Both the position numbers and the translations under genes were made by a program. This document shows, in pieces, positions 17,884 through 28,050 of a DNA stretch of 64,000 bases; positions within the stretch are counted from its first letter, which is position 1; the number at the start of each line of letters is the position of its first letter. Source of the stretch: Opitutaceae bacterium (GTDB lineage Bacteria > Verrucomicrobiota > Verrucomicrobiia > Opitutales > Opitutaceae); contig JANYCF010000328.1 of the NCBI GenBank assembly GCA_025360455.1, positions 4,451 through 68,450 on the forward strand, written 5' to 3'. The notes under the pieces are model-generated. The model did no database searches and had not been told where the DNA came from. It saw only the letters and a program-made list of their open reading frames with translations.

Positions 17884-19524
17884 TTATTTCTCCGCCGTAC
17901 AAATCCCGCAGACGTCGTAGAAAAAATCGTGCCCCTTGTCATCGACGAGAATGAAGGCCGGAAAATCTTGCACCTCGATGCGCCAGACGGCTTCCATGCC
18001 CAGCTCGGGATATTCCAATACTTCCACTTTTTTGATATTATCCTGCGCGAGAATTGCCGCTGGGCCACCAATACTCCCGAGATAAAAACCGCCATGGCGC
18101 TTGCAGGCATCCGTTACTCCTTTGCTCCGGTTGCCCTTGGCCAGCATCACCATTGACCCACCGTTTGCTTGGAACAGGTCAACATAGCTGTCCATTCGCC
18201 CAGCCGTAGTCGGCCCAAATGAGCCCGAAGCATATCCTGCAGGTGTCTTGGCGGGACCGGCGTAATAGATCGGATGGTTCTTGGCGTAGTCGGGCAAACC
18301 TTGGCCGGCGTCGATGCGTTCCTTGAGTTTGGCATGCGCACTGTCACGCGCGACTATCATGGGCCCACTGAGCAACACGCGCGTCGTCACCGGATACTTC
18401 GTGAGCTCCGCCAAGATATCCTTCATCGGACGGTTGAGATCAATCCGGACAATATTGTTATCCTTAAACATCCGGGCCTCTTCAGAAATGAAGCGGCCGG
18501 GATTGGCCTCCATTTTTTCCAAAAAAATGCCGTCCTTGGTGATCTTGCCCTTGATATTGCGGTCCGCACTGCACGAGACGCCCATGCCCACCGGGCAACT
18601 CGCCCCGTGTCTCGGCAAGCGAATAATTCGTACATCGAGGGCGAAATATTTTCCGCCAAACTGCGCGCCAATTTTTGCCTGTTGGGCGAGTTTCAGCACC
18701 TTTGCTTCCAGTTCGATATCGCGAAAGGCCCGGCCGTGCTCGTTGCCCGTGGTGGGGAGTGCGTCGAGATACTTGGTGGTCGCGAGCTTCAAGGTCTTCG
18801 TGCACGCCTCGGCGCTCGTGCCCCCAATCACGAATACGAGGTGGTAGGGTGGGCAGGCCGAAGTGCCGAGCAGTTGCATCTTATCCACAAAAAACTTTTC
18901 CAGGCTCTTCGGATTGAGCAGCGCTTTGGTCTCTTGAAATAGAAAGAGTTTGTTGGCCGAACCGCCGCCCTTGGCGACGAATAGGAATTCATATTTGGCC
19001 CCTTCCGTCGCGTACAGATCAATCTGCGCCGGGAGGTTCGTGCCCGTATTCACTTCTTGGAGCATATCCAACGGAGCCACCTGGGAATAGCGCAGGTTTT
19101 CCTTCGTGTAGCATTCATAGACGCCCTTCGACAAATGTTCGGCGTCATTGACACCGGTCCACACTTGCTGGCCTTTTTTGGCGAAGATCGCGCACGTTCC
19201 CGTGTCCTGGCACATGGGCAAAATGCCTCGGGCGGCGATTTCGGCATTTTTTAAAAGCGTGAGGGCCACGTAACGATCATTCGCTGAAGCCTCCGGATCA
19301 TCGAGGATCGCCGCCACCTGGGTGAGGTGCTTGGGGCGCAAAAAGAAATTGGTATCATGAAACGCCTCGCGTGCCAGATAAGTGAGAGCCTCGGGCGTGA
19401 CCTTCAGGATCTCCTTATCCTCAAATGTCGCGGTCGATACACCCTCTTGGCTGAGCAGGCGGTATTCGGTGTCATCCGCACCGAGCGGCAGTGGATCTTG
19501 ATAGACAAAAGGTGGCGTTGCCAT
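17884..19524 (-). CDS. fumA: Class I (Fe-S) fumarate hydratase
   Basis: [41 protein letters not shown]. Start [13 protein letters not shown] at 19524. Confidence 0.96.
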   Translation of the reverse strand: MATPPFVYQDPLPLGADDTEYRLLSQEGVSTATFEDKEILKVTPEALTYLAREAFHDTNFFLRPKHLTQVAAILDDPEASANDRYVALTLLKNAEIAARGILPMCQDTGTCAIFAKKGQQVWTGVNDAEHLSKGVYECYTKENLRYSQVAPLDMLQEVNTGTNLPAQIDLYATEGAKYEFLFVAKGGGSANKLFLFQETKALLNPKSLEKFFVDKMQLLGTSACPPYHLVFVIGGTSAEACTKTLKLATTKYLDALPTTGNEHGRAFRDIELEAKVLKLAQQAKIGAQFGGKYFALDVRIIRLPRHGASCPVGMGVSCSADRNIKGKITKDGIFLEKMEANPGRFISEEARMFKDNNIVRIDLNRPMKDILAELTKYPVTTRVLLSGPMIVARDSAHAKLKERIDAGQGLPDYAKNHPIYYAGPAKTPAGYASGSFGPTTAGRMDSYVDLFQANGGSMVMLAKGNRSKGVTDACKRHGGFYLGSIGGPAAILAQDNIKKVEVLEYPELGMEAVWRIEVQDFPAFILVDDKGHDFFYDVCGICTAEK

Positions 19525-19622
19525 GTCTGGAAGCTTTAGCCCAAACGCCGACAATGACAAGTAGCCTCACTCGCTCATCGCTGCTTATTAAAACTTCCTC
19601 TGCCCGCCATTATCGCCATCGC

Positions 19623-20615
19623 TTAAAGCATTTTCAGCTTGGGCAGGTCTTGCACATCAATGTAGCCGACAGGCCGACCCTTGGTATCGAGGGCGAACAG
19701 ATCGGAAATCTTGAATTGCTGAAACAGTTTCAACGCTTCCACAGCGAGTGCATGGGCCGCCACCGTCTTGCCTCCGCGGGTCATGCTGCTGGTCACCGGT
19801 TTTTGGAGAAAAGTCGTTCCATCATTTAGCGCACTGCGCCGGAAATCCCCATCGGTGAAAATGCCCGTCAACCGTCCCTTCGCGTCAATCAAGGCAACCG
19901 CCCCGGCCTTGGCCTTGGTCATCGCGAAAATGGCTTCCTGTACCGTAGTCTTCGCTTCCTTCAACACCGGACAACTTTCGCCCGTGCGCATGATATCCTT
20001 CACGCGTAGCAGCAAAGTCAGGCCGAGGGTGCCGGCTGGGTGGTATTTGGCGAATCCTTCGTGGGTCAATCCACGGGTTTCGAGCAGAACCATGGCGAGT
20101 GCATCGCCGAGGGCGAGGGCGGCCGTCGTACTGGCCGTGGGGGCGAGGGAAAGCGGGCAGGCTTCGCGCGGGGCGCAGTAGGTCAGCCGGAAATCCGCGC
20201 CTCTGGCCAGTTCGCTCTCCGACGATCCCGTGAGCGCTACCGTTTTCAGTCCGAACTTCTCAAACAAAGGCAGGAGGCGGAGCAATTCCGCCGTGGATCC
20301 ACTGTTGCTTAATAAAATGGCGACATCTCCCGTGGCACACAGTCCGAGATCGCCATGCAGCGCCTGCGTCGGATCAAGAAAACAGGAAGGCACCCCGATG
20401 CTATTAAATGTCCCTGTGATCTTCTCGGCAATGGGGGCGTTCTTCCCTACACCGCTGAAAATGATTTTCTTCTCCTCTCCCAAGGCCGCCTCGATGAGGC
20501 GTACGACTTGGATGAAATCGGCATTGAGCGCCTTGGCTGTGGCGTCGAGGGCTTCGCTTTCGATGGCGAAGCAGCGACGGGCTTGGGCGAGAATTGTTTT
20601 ATCGTTCAGTGGCAT
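19623..20615 (-). CDS. kdsD: KpsF/GutQ-family arabinose-5-phosphate isomerase (SIS + 2 CBS)
   Basis: SGVGKN, ALHGDLG, SNSGST, LAPTASTT, GDALA, HPAGTLG and CBS GIFTDGDFRR. Confidence 0.9.
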   Translation of the reverse strand: MPLNDKTILAQARRCFAIESEALDATAKALNADFIQVVRLIEAALGEEKKIIFSGVGKNAPIAEKITGTFNSIGVPSCFLDPTQALHGDLGLCATGDVAILLSNSGSTAELLRLLPLFEKFGLKTVALTGSSESELARGADFRLTYCAPREACPLSLAPTASTTAALALGDALAMVLLETRGLTHEGFAKYHPAGTLGLTLLLRVKDIMRTGESCPVLKEAKTTVQEAIFAMTKAKAGAVALIDAKGRLTGIFTDGDFRRSALNDGTTFLQKPVTSSMTRGGKTVAAHALAVEALKLFQQFKISDLFALDTKGRPVGYIDVQDLPKLKML

Positions 20616-20687
20616 CAAATACTTGAGTCGGGGGGAACCTCACGCAAACGTACCGGTCACGCGTCTCCATTCAACTCCATTCCTTCG

Positions 20688-21605
20688 TTGTCTCTCACCT
20701 CTGCCCACCGCCACCGCATCCTCTCTGCACTTGTTTGTGCCGTAGTGGTCCTGGGGTTGTCGGGCTGTGGCGACCGCGACCGACTGACCTACGCCACAGA
20801 AACGGATGAACCCAATTACCGCGAAGGCGTTTCCCTCCTGAAGACGGGTCGCCGGCAAGAGGCGCTCACCGCCTTTCTCAAGGTCATTGATAAACGCGGG
20901 GAGGACGCCGCGGAATCCCACCTCGAGATCGGCCTGCTCTATTTGCAGCACATCAACGATCCGCTCTCTGCCATCTATCATTTCAAGAAGTATCTCGCCT
21001 TGCGCCCGAACAGTCCGCAATCCCCGCTCGTGCGGCAACGCATCGATGCCGCTATTCGCGATTTCGCCCGCACCTTGCCCGCCCAACCGCTCGAAAATGC
21101 GACCAAGCGCGTCGATTTGATCGCTGCTATGGACAAACTGAAACTCGAGAACGACCAACTGAAACAGCAACTCGCCGATCTGGCTGCCAACCGCGAATCG
21201 GAAACCTCCGTCACGGTTTCCACCCAATCTCCCAACCCGACGGCCGCGCCCGCGCAATTGATTCCAGAAAAGAAGCTCACCTTCAACCTTGATACCATGC
21301 CCACGGTGCGCACCCGGCCGGCAGCACCGGTGAAACCGGTGACACTCACGCCTCCGACGCCCACGGCCTCAACGAAAGGCCGTGATTTATCCCGCGCCAA
21401 AGCCGCGACTTCTCTGCCGTCACCCGCGACTTCCGCTCCCGGCACCGCGCGCAAACACGTCGTGCAAAAAGGCGACACACTTTCCAATCTCGCTCAACGT
21501 TATTATAAAAACCGCGCCAAGTGGCGTGATATTTATATGGCCAACCGCAAGGTCATGAAAAACGAAAGCGACATCCACGTCGGTCTCGAGCTGGTGATTC
21601 CTTGA
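20688..21605 (+). CDS. Lipoprotein with TPR, coiled coil, P/T-rich linker and a C-terminal LysM
   Basis: Lipobox LSGC; TPR-like AESHLEIGLLYL..AIYHFKKYL; LysM HVVQKGDTLSNLAQRYY...WRDIY.AN. Start uncertain (TTG 20688 chosen; the track start 20355 overlaps kdsD). Confidence 0.85.
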   Translation: MSLTSAHRHRILSALVCAVVVLGLSGCGDRDRLTYATETDEPNYREGVSLLKTGRRQEALTAFLKVIDKRGEDAAESHLEIGLLYLQHINDPLSAIYHFKKYLALRPNSPQSPLVRQRIDAAIRDFARTLPAQPLENATKRVDLIAAMDKLKLENDQLKQQLADLAANRESETSVTVSTQSPNPTAAPAQLIPEKKLTFNLDTMPTVRTRPAAPVKPVTLTPPTPTASTKGRDLSRAKAATSLPSPATSAPGTARKHVVQKGDTLSNLAQRYYKNRAKWRDIYMANRKVMKNESDIHVGLELVIP

Positions 21606-21859
21606 GCCACCGAAAATGCTCTAAAACTGAAAAACGCAAAGCCCCCTTTTCGCCGCAAGCAAGACCGACTGCAGAAACGGTGGCGGAATCATAAACGCGT
21701 CATGGTAATCAGATCGGAACCGCCTGGTATGGTTAGCCGCACCATAACTGATTGCGGGAATGGGGCACACGACACTGCATGGTGAGGATCAGAGTGCGGC
21801 GACGGGCATGGTGGGACTCGTCGGTCGCTTCATGGTATAGCGAGCTGCGCGTCGCGTCC

Positions 21860-24800
21860 TCACTCCGCGGCCAACCAGGCTTCCCGGGCGAGCTCGACGT
21901 GGGTGGGGAGAACTTTGGCGTAGTCGTAATAGCGCAGGGCTTTCGAGTAGGCGGTGGGCGTGAGAGATTTGCCGCTGCGTTCTTTCGCGAGGCAGGTCCA
22001 CATCATCTTCGAGAGCGCAATGGGATCACCGGGCGATACGAGGTATCCTTCCTGCCGTTGGCCGATCATCTCGGCGATGCCGTGCACGTCCGTCGTCACC
22101 ATCGGGGTGCGGAAGGCCATCGCTTCCATCACCACGCGGGGAAAAGATTCTTCGTAGCTGGTGCAGACGAACAGATCTGCGGCGACGAAAAAGTCGAAGA
22201 CCTCGCGCGTCTCGGGGATCAGCGTGACGTTGGGTAGACCGAGGCGCTTGAGATCACGCAATAACAGATCGAGATAAATGCCGGGTCGGGCGCCGACCAA
22301 AATGAAACGGAATTTTCCGCGGTGGCCTTGGTGGTGGTTGAAGTGATCAATCGCCCGGAGAAAAATGTGCTGCCCTTTCCGCTCACAGACCGTCCCGATG
22401 TTGGCGATGATCGTCTCGTTGTCGGCCAGTCCGTGTTTGCGGCGTAGCGTGGCGCGATCATGGGTGCGCTGGAAGGCTTCGATGGCGTCGAGCCGAATCC
22501 AGCTCGGAACGATGCGGAAATTGCCGTGAAGATTGTCGTCTTCGAAATAGGCGCGGGTCGCGGCGCAGAGGAACAGCGTGTGCGTGGCGCGGGCGAGGGC
22601 GTCGTGTACGAGCGAGTGCAGGGTCAACTCCAGCTTGGCCTCGAAGAATCGAAAGACCGACGTGCTTTCATGGATGTAGAGCAGCGAAGGCTTGTTGGCG
22701 CGGCAGGCGAGGAGCACACCCCAGAAACTGACGAGCGTGTTGCAGACGACGAGATCGATCTGATCCCAGTCGAGCAGGTGGGAGAGATCGGCGAGCCGAT
22801 GGTGAAACGTTTCTTCATCCGGTGCGGCGTACAGTAGGGCTGCGTCCACGAGAGTGATACGCGCGCCGAGCGCTTCAAACGCCTCGCGCAAGGGTCCGTC
22901 CTGGGATGCGAGGATTTCCACACTGAAACCGGCTTCCTTCACCAGGTAGTTCGCGTATTCGAGGAGGAAGAGCGGTGCGCCTTCGAGATTCAGGTTGTGC
23001 GTCAACAGCAGCAGGCGAAGTTTATCGGCGCGGCCGGTGCGAGTGCTCTGGGCTCGGCGACAGCGGATGAAGGCACCGGCCAGTTCAAGGTGGGGGCTGA
23101 AATACGGGTCGCGGTACTGTGGGTAGCGACGGACAAACGCGATGTGCTCAGCCTCGTTGAAAGTGATGCCCCGTGTCGCGCTGCCCCAATGCATGAGCTG
23201 CGCTTGCGGCGTGTAGAGAACGCGTAGTTTTCTTTCACGGACGCGCAGGCAGTAGTCCACGTCGTTGTAGGCGACGCCGAAATCCTTTTCGTCAAACCCG
23301 CCGAGTTCGCGATAAAGCGAAGTCCTGGTCATCAGGCACGCGCCGGTGACGGCCGATACTTCGCGCGCGGCAGCATGCCAGACAACGTCGACCTCAGCAG
23401 CGTTTACTTTGGCGTACGGCGTGTCGGCCAGCCCGCCGTGGGGGCCGATGATGATGCCGGTGTGATTGAGGGTTTTCTCCGGATAAACCAATTTGGCTCC
23501 GACGACGCCGACATCGGATTGCGCGAACCAGCCGGCCATTTCCTCCAGCCAGCCGGATTCCAAGGCGTTCACGTCGTTGTTGAGATGAAGGACGAGAGGA
23601 GTGTCGAGATGCGGCAGGGCGGCGTTGACGAGTTTCGAGTAATTGAAGGGCGCGTGCGGGTCCGCTGGGCGGACGACGGTGCACATGAGATCCTTGCGCT
23701 GTTGAATCGCCTGCAGGTAGCTCACGGCATCGGCGTCGCGGGAATGATCATCGACGATTATCAATTTCACGTACCGCCAGTCCACCGTCTCATCGAGCAG
23801 CTCGATGCATTCCTGGAGCAGGTAAAGGTGGTCGCGCGTGGGAATGACAATCGTGACTTGGAGTCGCAAGAGGATCGATTTCTCCCAGCGTAATTGATGA
23901 AAACACAGCTGCCGATGGTGGCCGATCTCGGGCAAAAAGGGAGCGGCGCTCCAGCCACGACGTTGCACGGCCGCAGCGAACGCCGAGCGGGCTTGTTCGT
24001 ACACGGGATCAGCGAGAGCGATGGTTTGCGGGAGAGCACGGGCGTGGTGGCAGACGAGTGGAACGTGCTCGACTTGGTCGGCACGCAATTTGTCGCCCAC
24101 CCGCAGCAACAGATCGTACCAGAGCACACGGTCGAAGCCTTCGCGAAATGATCCGAGTTCCACGAATCGATCACACCGGACGAGGCTGAGTTGTCCGGGA
24201 AATAATCCGGAGTCGGCCAGAGCCGGGCTCCAGTCGGGTTTGAAAACCGGTTTATTCCGGTGACCGAAATGATCCATCTGGTCTTCGTCCGTGTATAAGA
24301 GCTCGAGCGCGGGCTTGGTGGCGAGGCGGTCTGTGATTTCAACCAGCGCATCGGGAGACAGCCGGGAGTGTCCGGGCAACAAGGCGAGGTGGGTACCTTG
24401 GGCTTGGTGGGCGGCGGCGTTGAGCGCACCGATAATTTCCTGTGGTGAGCTGGCGGCGGTGGCTTTAAGACGCGGATCGCCGGTGGGCGCGCTCACCTGG
24501 CCGATGAACCACGCCTGCCAGTGCGGATAAATTTGTTTGGCCAGCGATTCGGCCAGCTCCTGCAATTGCGTGGGGGTGCAGCCACGGGTATCGACGAGCA
24601 GCACGTAGCGTGGGCCGCTGGTTCCGGATTTTTTTGCGACGACTTCCAGCGCCTGACGCAAATGCGGGGTGAGCTGGTTGGCCGTGGCCCAGTCCTGGTA
24701 GGGATTCGCGTTGGCCGATAGTGGCCGGGTCACTTGGGCGGGCGCGAACTTTTGATAAACCTGATAGGTCTCCCGGCACGCGTTCCAAAGCTCTCCCCAA

Positions 24801-25741
24801 GATCCGAACCGTACTCCCTCGGCGCGGCAGGCGGTGCGGAAATTCCGGACGATCTCGAAGAAAAGGGTGCGGCTGAAAGCCGGCAATGGCCGCTCCCATT
24901 GATTGCAACCGCGCTGGTAGAAACGCCGCACAAAAGCGAGGTGGCGGGTGCCATCTTCGAGTTCAGCGAAGATTTTCAGGCAAACCGGATCACCGGCGCG
25001 TTCGTCGATATCCACCATGCCGAAGAATTGGGATTTGAGCGCGTAGGGATGATTTGGGAAAAGATCGCGTACTTCGCCGCGCTCGCGATCACCGTAATCC
25101 ATTTCGCTTTCCGCCAGCGGATGAGTCGTCGCGATGAGGCAACGGATGCGCTGGTCCTGATGAATGATCCAGCCTTCCACCCGCAGTTTGCCGAACTGGG
25201 AGCCGCCGATGATGAGCGGTTTCTCCAGTGAACCGAAAAAAGGCGGGTTGGGCAGGGTATCGAGCAACACGACGGAAGATTCCCGTGCCAGCCGGCGGGC
25301 GAGCGAGGTGAGATCCGCGCTTGGGTCGGTGCGCCGGGCTTGCAGTAATTTTAGCAACTGGTCGAGCACGACGCCGGCATTGAGCTGCGCGCCGGCAGGT
25401 GGGCCGTGGAGGACCTTGATTTTTGTCCGCCAGATTTCCACCCAACGGCCGCCGGCATCGAGCAACTCCAGTTTCAACCACTGGGCTCCGCGAGGAGGGG
25501 CTACCAAAAGGGAAAAACCGACATGGGGCAGGCCAATATAACCGCGGTGTTGCAGTTCAATCTGCTCGCGGGGCTGGCCAAAAATCCCCATGTGCGGTAC
25601 GTCATCAATCACAGCGCGGATGTCGGAGAATATGGCGCCAATCTTAGAGTAGAACCAGCCACTGATCCAGACCGGTTCGCCCTTGAAGACCCATTGCTTG
25701 GGTTCTTCCACGTCAAAAAGGTAGGCGTCGTTTTCGTTCAC
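21860..25741 (-). CDS. Large multidomain glycosyltransferase: shared N-terminal module + degenerate GT2 + GT2 + GT4
   Basis: LLYTDEDQMD; VTIVIPTRD...IIVDDHS...LHLNNDV; THNLNLEGAP...CTSYEESFPRVVMEAM. GTG 25741 preferred because the track start 25783 overlaps the upstream gene. Confidence 0.9.
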   Translation of the reverse strand: MNENDAYLFDVEEPKQWVFKGEPVWISGWFYSKIGAIFSDIRAVIDDVPHMGIFGQPREQIELQHRGYIGLPHVGFSLLVAPPRGAQWLKLELLDAGGRWVEIWRTKIKVLHGPPAGAQLNAGVVLDQLLKLLQARRTDPSADLTSLARRLARESSVVLLDTLPNPPFFGSLEKPLIIGGSQFGKLRVEGWIIHQDQRIRCLIATTHPLAESEMDYGDRERGEVRDLFPNHPYALKSQFFGMVDIDERAGDPVCLKIFAELEDGTRHLAFVRRFYQRGCNQWERPLPAFSRTLFFEIVRNFRTACRAEGVRFGSWGELWNACRETYQVYQKFAPAQVTRPLSANANPYQDWATANQLTPHLRQALEVVAKKSGTSGPRYVLLVDTRGCTPTQLQELAESLAKQIYPHWQAWFIGQVSAPTGDPRLKATAASSPQEIIGALNAAAHQAQGTHLALLPGHSRLSPDALVEITDRLATKPALELLYTDEDQMDHFGHRNKPVFKPDWSPALADSGLFPGQLSLVRCDRFVELGSFREGFDRVLWYDLLLRVGDKLRADQVEHVPLVCHHARALPQTIALADPVYEQARSAFAAAVQRRGWSAAPFLPEIGHHRQLCFHQLRWEKSILLRLQVTIVIPTRDHLYLLQECIELLDETVDWRYVKLIIVDDHSRDADAVSYLQAIQQRKDLMCTVVRPADPHAPFNYSKLVNAALPHLDTPLVLHLNNDVNALESGWLEEMAGWFAQSDVGVVGAKLVYPEKTLNHTGIIIGPHGGLADTPYAKVNAAEVDVVWHAAAREVSAVTGACLMTRTSLYRELGGFDEKDFGVAYNDVDYCLRVRERKLRVLYTPQAQLMHWGSATRGITFNEAEHIAFVRRYPQYRDPYFSPHLELAGAFIRCRRAQSTRTGRADKLRLLLLTHNLNLEGAPLFLLEYANYLVKEAGFSVEILASQDGPLREAFEALGARITLVDAALLYAAPDEETFHHRLADLSHLLDWDQIDLVVCNTLVSFWGVLLACRANKPSLLYIHESTSVFRFFEAKLELTLHSLVHDALARATHTLFLCAATRAYFEDDNLHGNFRIVPSWIRLDAIEAFQRTHDRATLRRKHGLADNETIIANIGTVCERKGQHIFLRAIDHFNHHQGHRGKFRFILVGARPGIYLDLLLRDLKRLGLPNVTLIPETREVFDFFVAADLFVCTSYEESFPRVVMEAMAFRTPMVTTDVHGIAEMIGQRQEGYLVSPGDPIALSKMMWTCLAKERSGKSLTPTAYSKALRYYDYAKVLPTHVELAREAWLAAE

Positions 25742-25755
25742 GGGGTGAGGAGGAA

Positions 25756-28050
25756 CTAAGGCGAAGCGGGTGGACGAGCGCAAGCCCGGGCCAACGCGGC
25801 GTGAAGGGGGAGCGAGTTGGCCTCGTGATAACGGCGGACGATGGCGGCGCGGGCTTTGTCCACGCGTCGGGTATCACCATTATAATGCGCATTCAGCGCC
25901 TGTTTGATCGCTTCGGCCAACTGATAGCGATCGCCGGGGGGAATGATCCACGCCTCGTCTTCGGCCAACATTTCGGTGATGCCGTTGACGTTGGTGGTGA
26001 TGATGGGGAGGCGGAAGGCGGCCGATTCCAGCAGGACGCGCGGGAATGATTCTTCGAAACTGGTGCACACAAAAATATCGGCCAGCCGGTAGAAATCAAA
26101 AATTTCGCCCGACTCCGGCAGGAAGAGGGCGTTGTCCAGCTGATGGAAGGCCACCTCGTGCTTGAGCAATTCGAGGTAAACTCCGGCGCGGGCACCCACC
26201 ATCACGAATTGGATTTTCTTGCCGGGGTACGCTGTGGGGAGTTCCGCTTTCAGCAGTTCGATGGTGCGGATGAAAATATGCTGGCCCTTTCGCTCGCAGA
26301 TAGAGCCGATGTTTACGATGAGCACGGCGTCGGGATCGAGCCCATGCTTGCGGCGCAACTCAGCTTTGGATTGGACGGCGGCAAAGGCGTCGACGCGGGC
26401 GACGTCGACCCAGCTCGGCAGGGAAACGAAGTTATTTCGCTCGTCCAAATAAGAGAAGACGGCCCGGGATGAATCCGCGGTGAACACGACCCGCGTGGCC
26501 TCGCGGAAAGCGGATTCGATCAGGGGAATCAGAGCAGGCGAAAGCGTCGGAGCGAAGAACCGCCGGATGTGGGCGCTTTCATGAACGTACATCAAGACCG
26601 GCAAGCTCGCGCGCTGCGCTGCGTGCACCGCCCAAAAAGAAACCATGGTGTTGCAAAGCACGAGATCGGTTTCTTGCCACGGCAGGCCGCCGGTGGCTGC
26701 AGCAAGAGCGGAATAAAAATCGTCCGTTGATTCTGATTTCAGGGCAGCGGATAGATCCAGAATTGCCACGGGCATACCGGCTGCGGTGAAGACGCGGCGC
26801 AGGGAGCCATCTTGCGGAGAAACCACGTGAACGCTTGCGCCGGGTTGACTATGCAAGAATTTGGCTAGCTCAAAAATGAACCAAGGCGCGCCTTCGAAAT
26901 TCAGGTTATGCGTGACGACGAGGATACGCAACGGGCGGTGGGACTGAGTGGTGGAGCGCATTGCCCCCAATGCGCTGCCTTGCTCGCTACCAGACCCAAG
27001 CGCGTTGGGGGCAACGGGCTCCGCCTTCCGGCGAATTTTGGCCGGGGCTTCGGCGAGGTAATGGGCCCACGCGGCTTTGGCGCCGTCGGTAAGATCGGAA
27101 ATTTTTCCGAGAGGAATACAGTAACGGCTGGCGGCGCTGCGCAAGGCCCAGCCCGCCCGGGCAAAGGTGGCGCGGGAGAGCGGGGGCAGGGCGATATCGG
27201 CTCCGGCGATGACGCGTGGGGTGAAACGCTGGGCGAAGGCCAGATGTTTTTCCCCGTTGTCCAGCTCGGCGAAAACTTTCACGAGGGCCGGCGCGCTTTG
27301 GCTGGCGGGCAGATCAACATGCCCGACGAAATGCGAAAGCTCACTCCCGGGCAGATCGGTAAACACGCCGCTGATATCCTCGCGCGGCAAGCCGTGGAGC
27401 AGAATGGATTCTTGCACGGCATCGACGAGCGCCGTGATGCGTGTGATCTTGGCCGTGCGATGCGCGAGCCAGCCCTTGACGGAGAGACGACCGTAACGCA
27501 GCCAGCCGGTTTCGCGGGGTTCTTCGAGTGCACCGAAAAACGGCGGCACCGGCAGGGAGTTGAGGGGCGCGCCCAACGTGGCGGAGACCAATTCGCCGGC
27601 GAGCGCAGTCCAGGAATGGTCGGGTTCCTGGGTCTGGCGGCGGAGCAAGGCGGGTAGGATTTCCGGTAAGCGGGCGGCGAGTGGCGGCGGCGAGGTCAAT
27701 GCCGGGGCTTCTGCGGCTACGGTGATTGCGTGGCGAAAAAATTCCGTCCAGCTGCCGGCGTGATCGCGCGCCTCGATTCGCAGCAGACGCGCCCCACGGT
27801 GGGGTTCGACGTGGCAGACAAAACCGGAATACGGTGGACCGGGGCGCCCGAGCAGATGCTCATCCCAGCCGGGCTTCGGCAAGCCGCTCAAACCGAGAAA
27901 GGCGCGGCCATCGATCCACAGTCGCAGATCGGAGATGAAGCGGTTTTTCCCGGCGAAAAACCATCCGCCTACCCAAGTCTTGCCGGCGGGAAATTTCCAG
28001 TCGGGGGGGTGAATCTCCACGGCGAAACGCTGGGCGTCGGGATCGCTCAT
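25756..28050 (-). CDS. Shared N-terminal module + GT4 glycosyltransferase
   Basis: ILVVTHNLNFEGAP, NIGSICERKGQ and CTSFEESFPRVLLESA. Confidence 0.9.
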   Translation of the reverse strand: MSDPDAQRFAVEIHPPDWKFPAGKTWVGGWFFAGKNRFISDLRLWIDGRAFLGLSGLPKPGWDEHLLGRPGPPYSGFVCHVEPHRGARLLRIEARDHAGSWTEFFRHAITVAAEAPALTSPPPLAARLPEILPALLRRQTQEPDHSWTALAGELVSATLGAPLNSLPVPPFFGALEEPRETGWLRYGRLSVKGWLAHRTAKITRITALVDAVQESILLHGLPREDISGVFTDLPGSELSHFVGHVDLPASQSAPALVKVFAELDNGEKHLAFAQRFTPRVIAGADIALPPLSRATFARAGWALRSAASRYCIPLGKISDLTDGAKAAWAHYLAEAPAKIRRKAEPVAPNALGSGSEQGSALGAMRSTTQSHRPLRILVVTHNLNFEGAPWFIFELAKFLHSQPGASVHVVSPQDGSLRRVFTAAGMPVAILDLSAALKSESTDDFYSALAAATGGLPWQETDLVLCNTMVSFWAVHAAQRASLPVLMYVHESAHIRRFFAPTLSPALIPLIESAFREATRVVFTADSSRAVFSYLDERNNFVSLPSWVDVARVDAFAAVQSKAELRRKHGLDPDAVLIVNIGSICERKGQHIFIRTIELLKAELPTAYPGKKIQFVMVGARAGVYLELLKHEVAFHQLDNALFLPESGEIFDFYRLADIFVCTSFEESFPRVLLESAAFRLPIITTNVNGITEMLAEDEAWIIPPGDRYQLAEAIKQALNAHYNGDTRRVDKARAAIVRRYHEANSLPLHAALARACARPPASP

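Noticed and set aside
19623-20615. KdsD substitutions (GKN for GKS, TQALHGD for EAxHGD) as a sign of inactivation
   Set aside because: The HGDLG, SxSG and TxST motifs are intact; the variation is not enough to call a pseudogene.
20355-20687. N-terminal extension of the LysM ORF
   Set aside because: It overlaps kdsD on the opposite strand and would place the lipoprotein signal about 110 residues inside the protein.
21606-21859. Convergent intergenic region with several short hairpins and five ATGGT words
   Set aside because: Spacings are irregular (27, 50, 29, 24 nt), so it is not a CRISPR or tandem array. I could not match a known ncRNA; an Rfam/Infernal scan would settle it.
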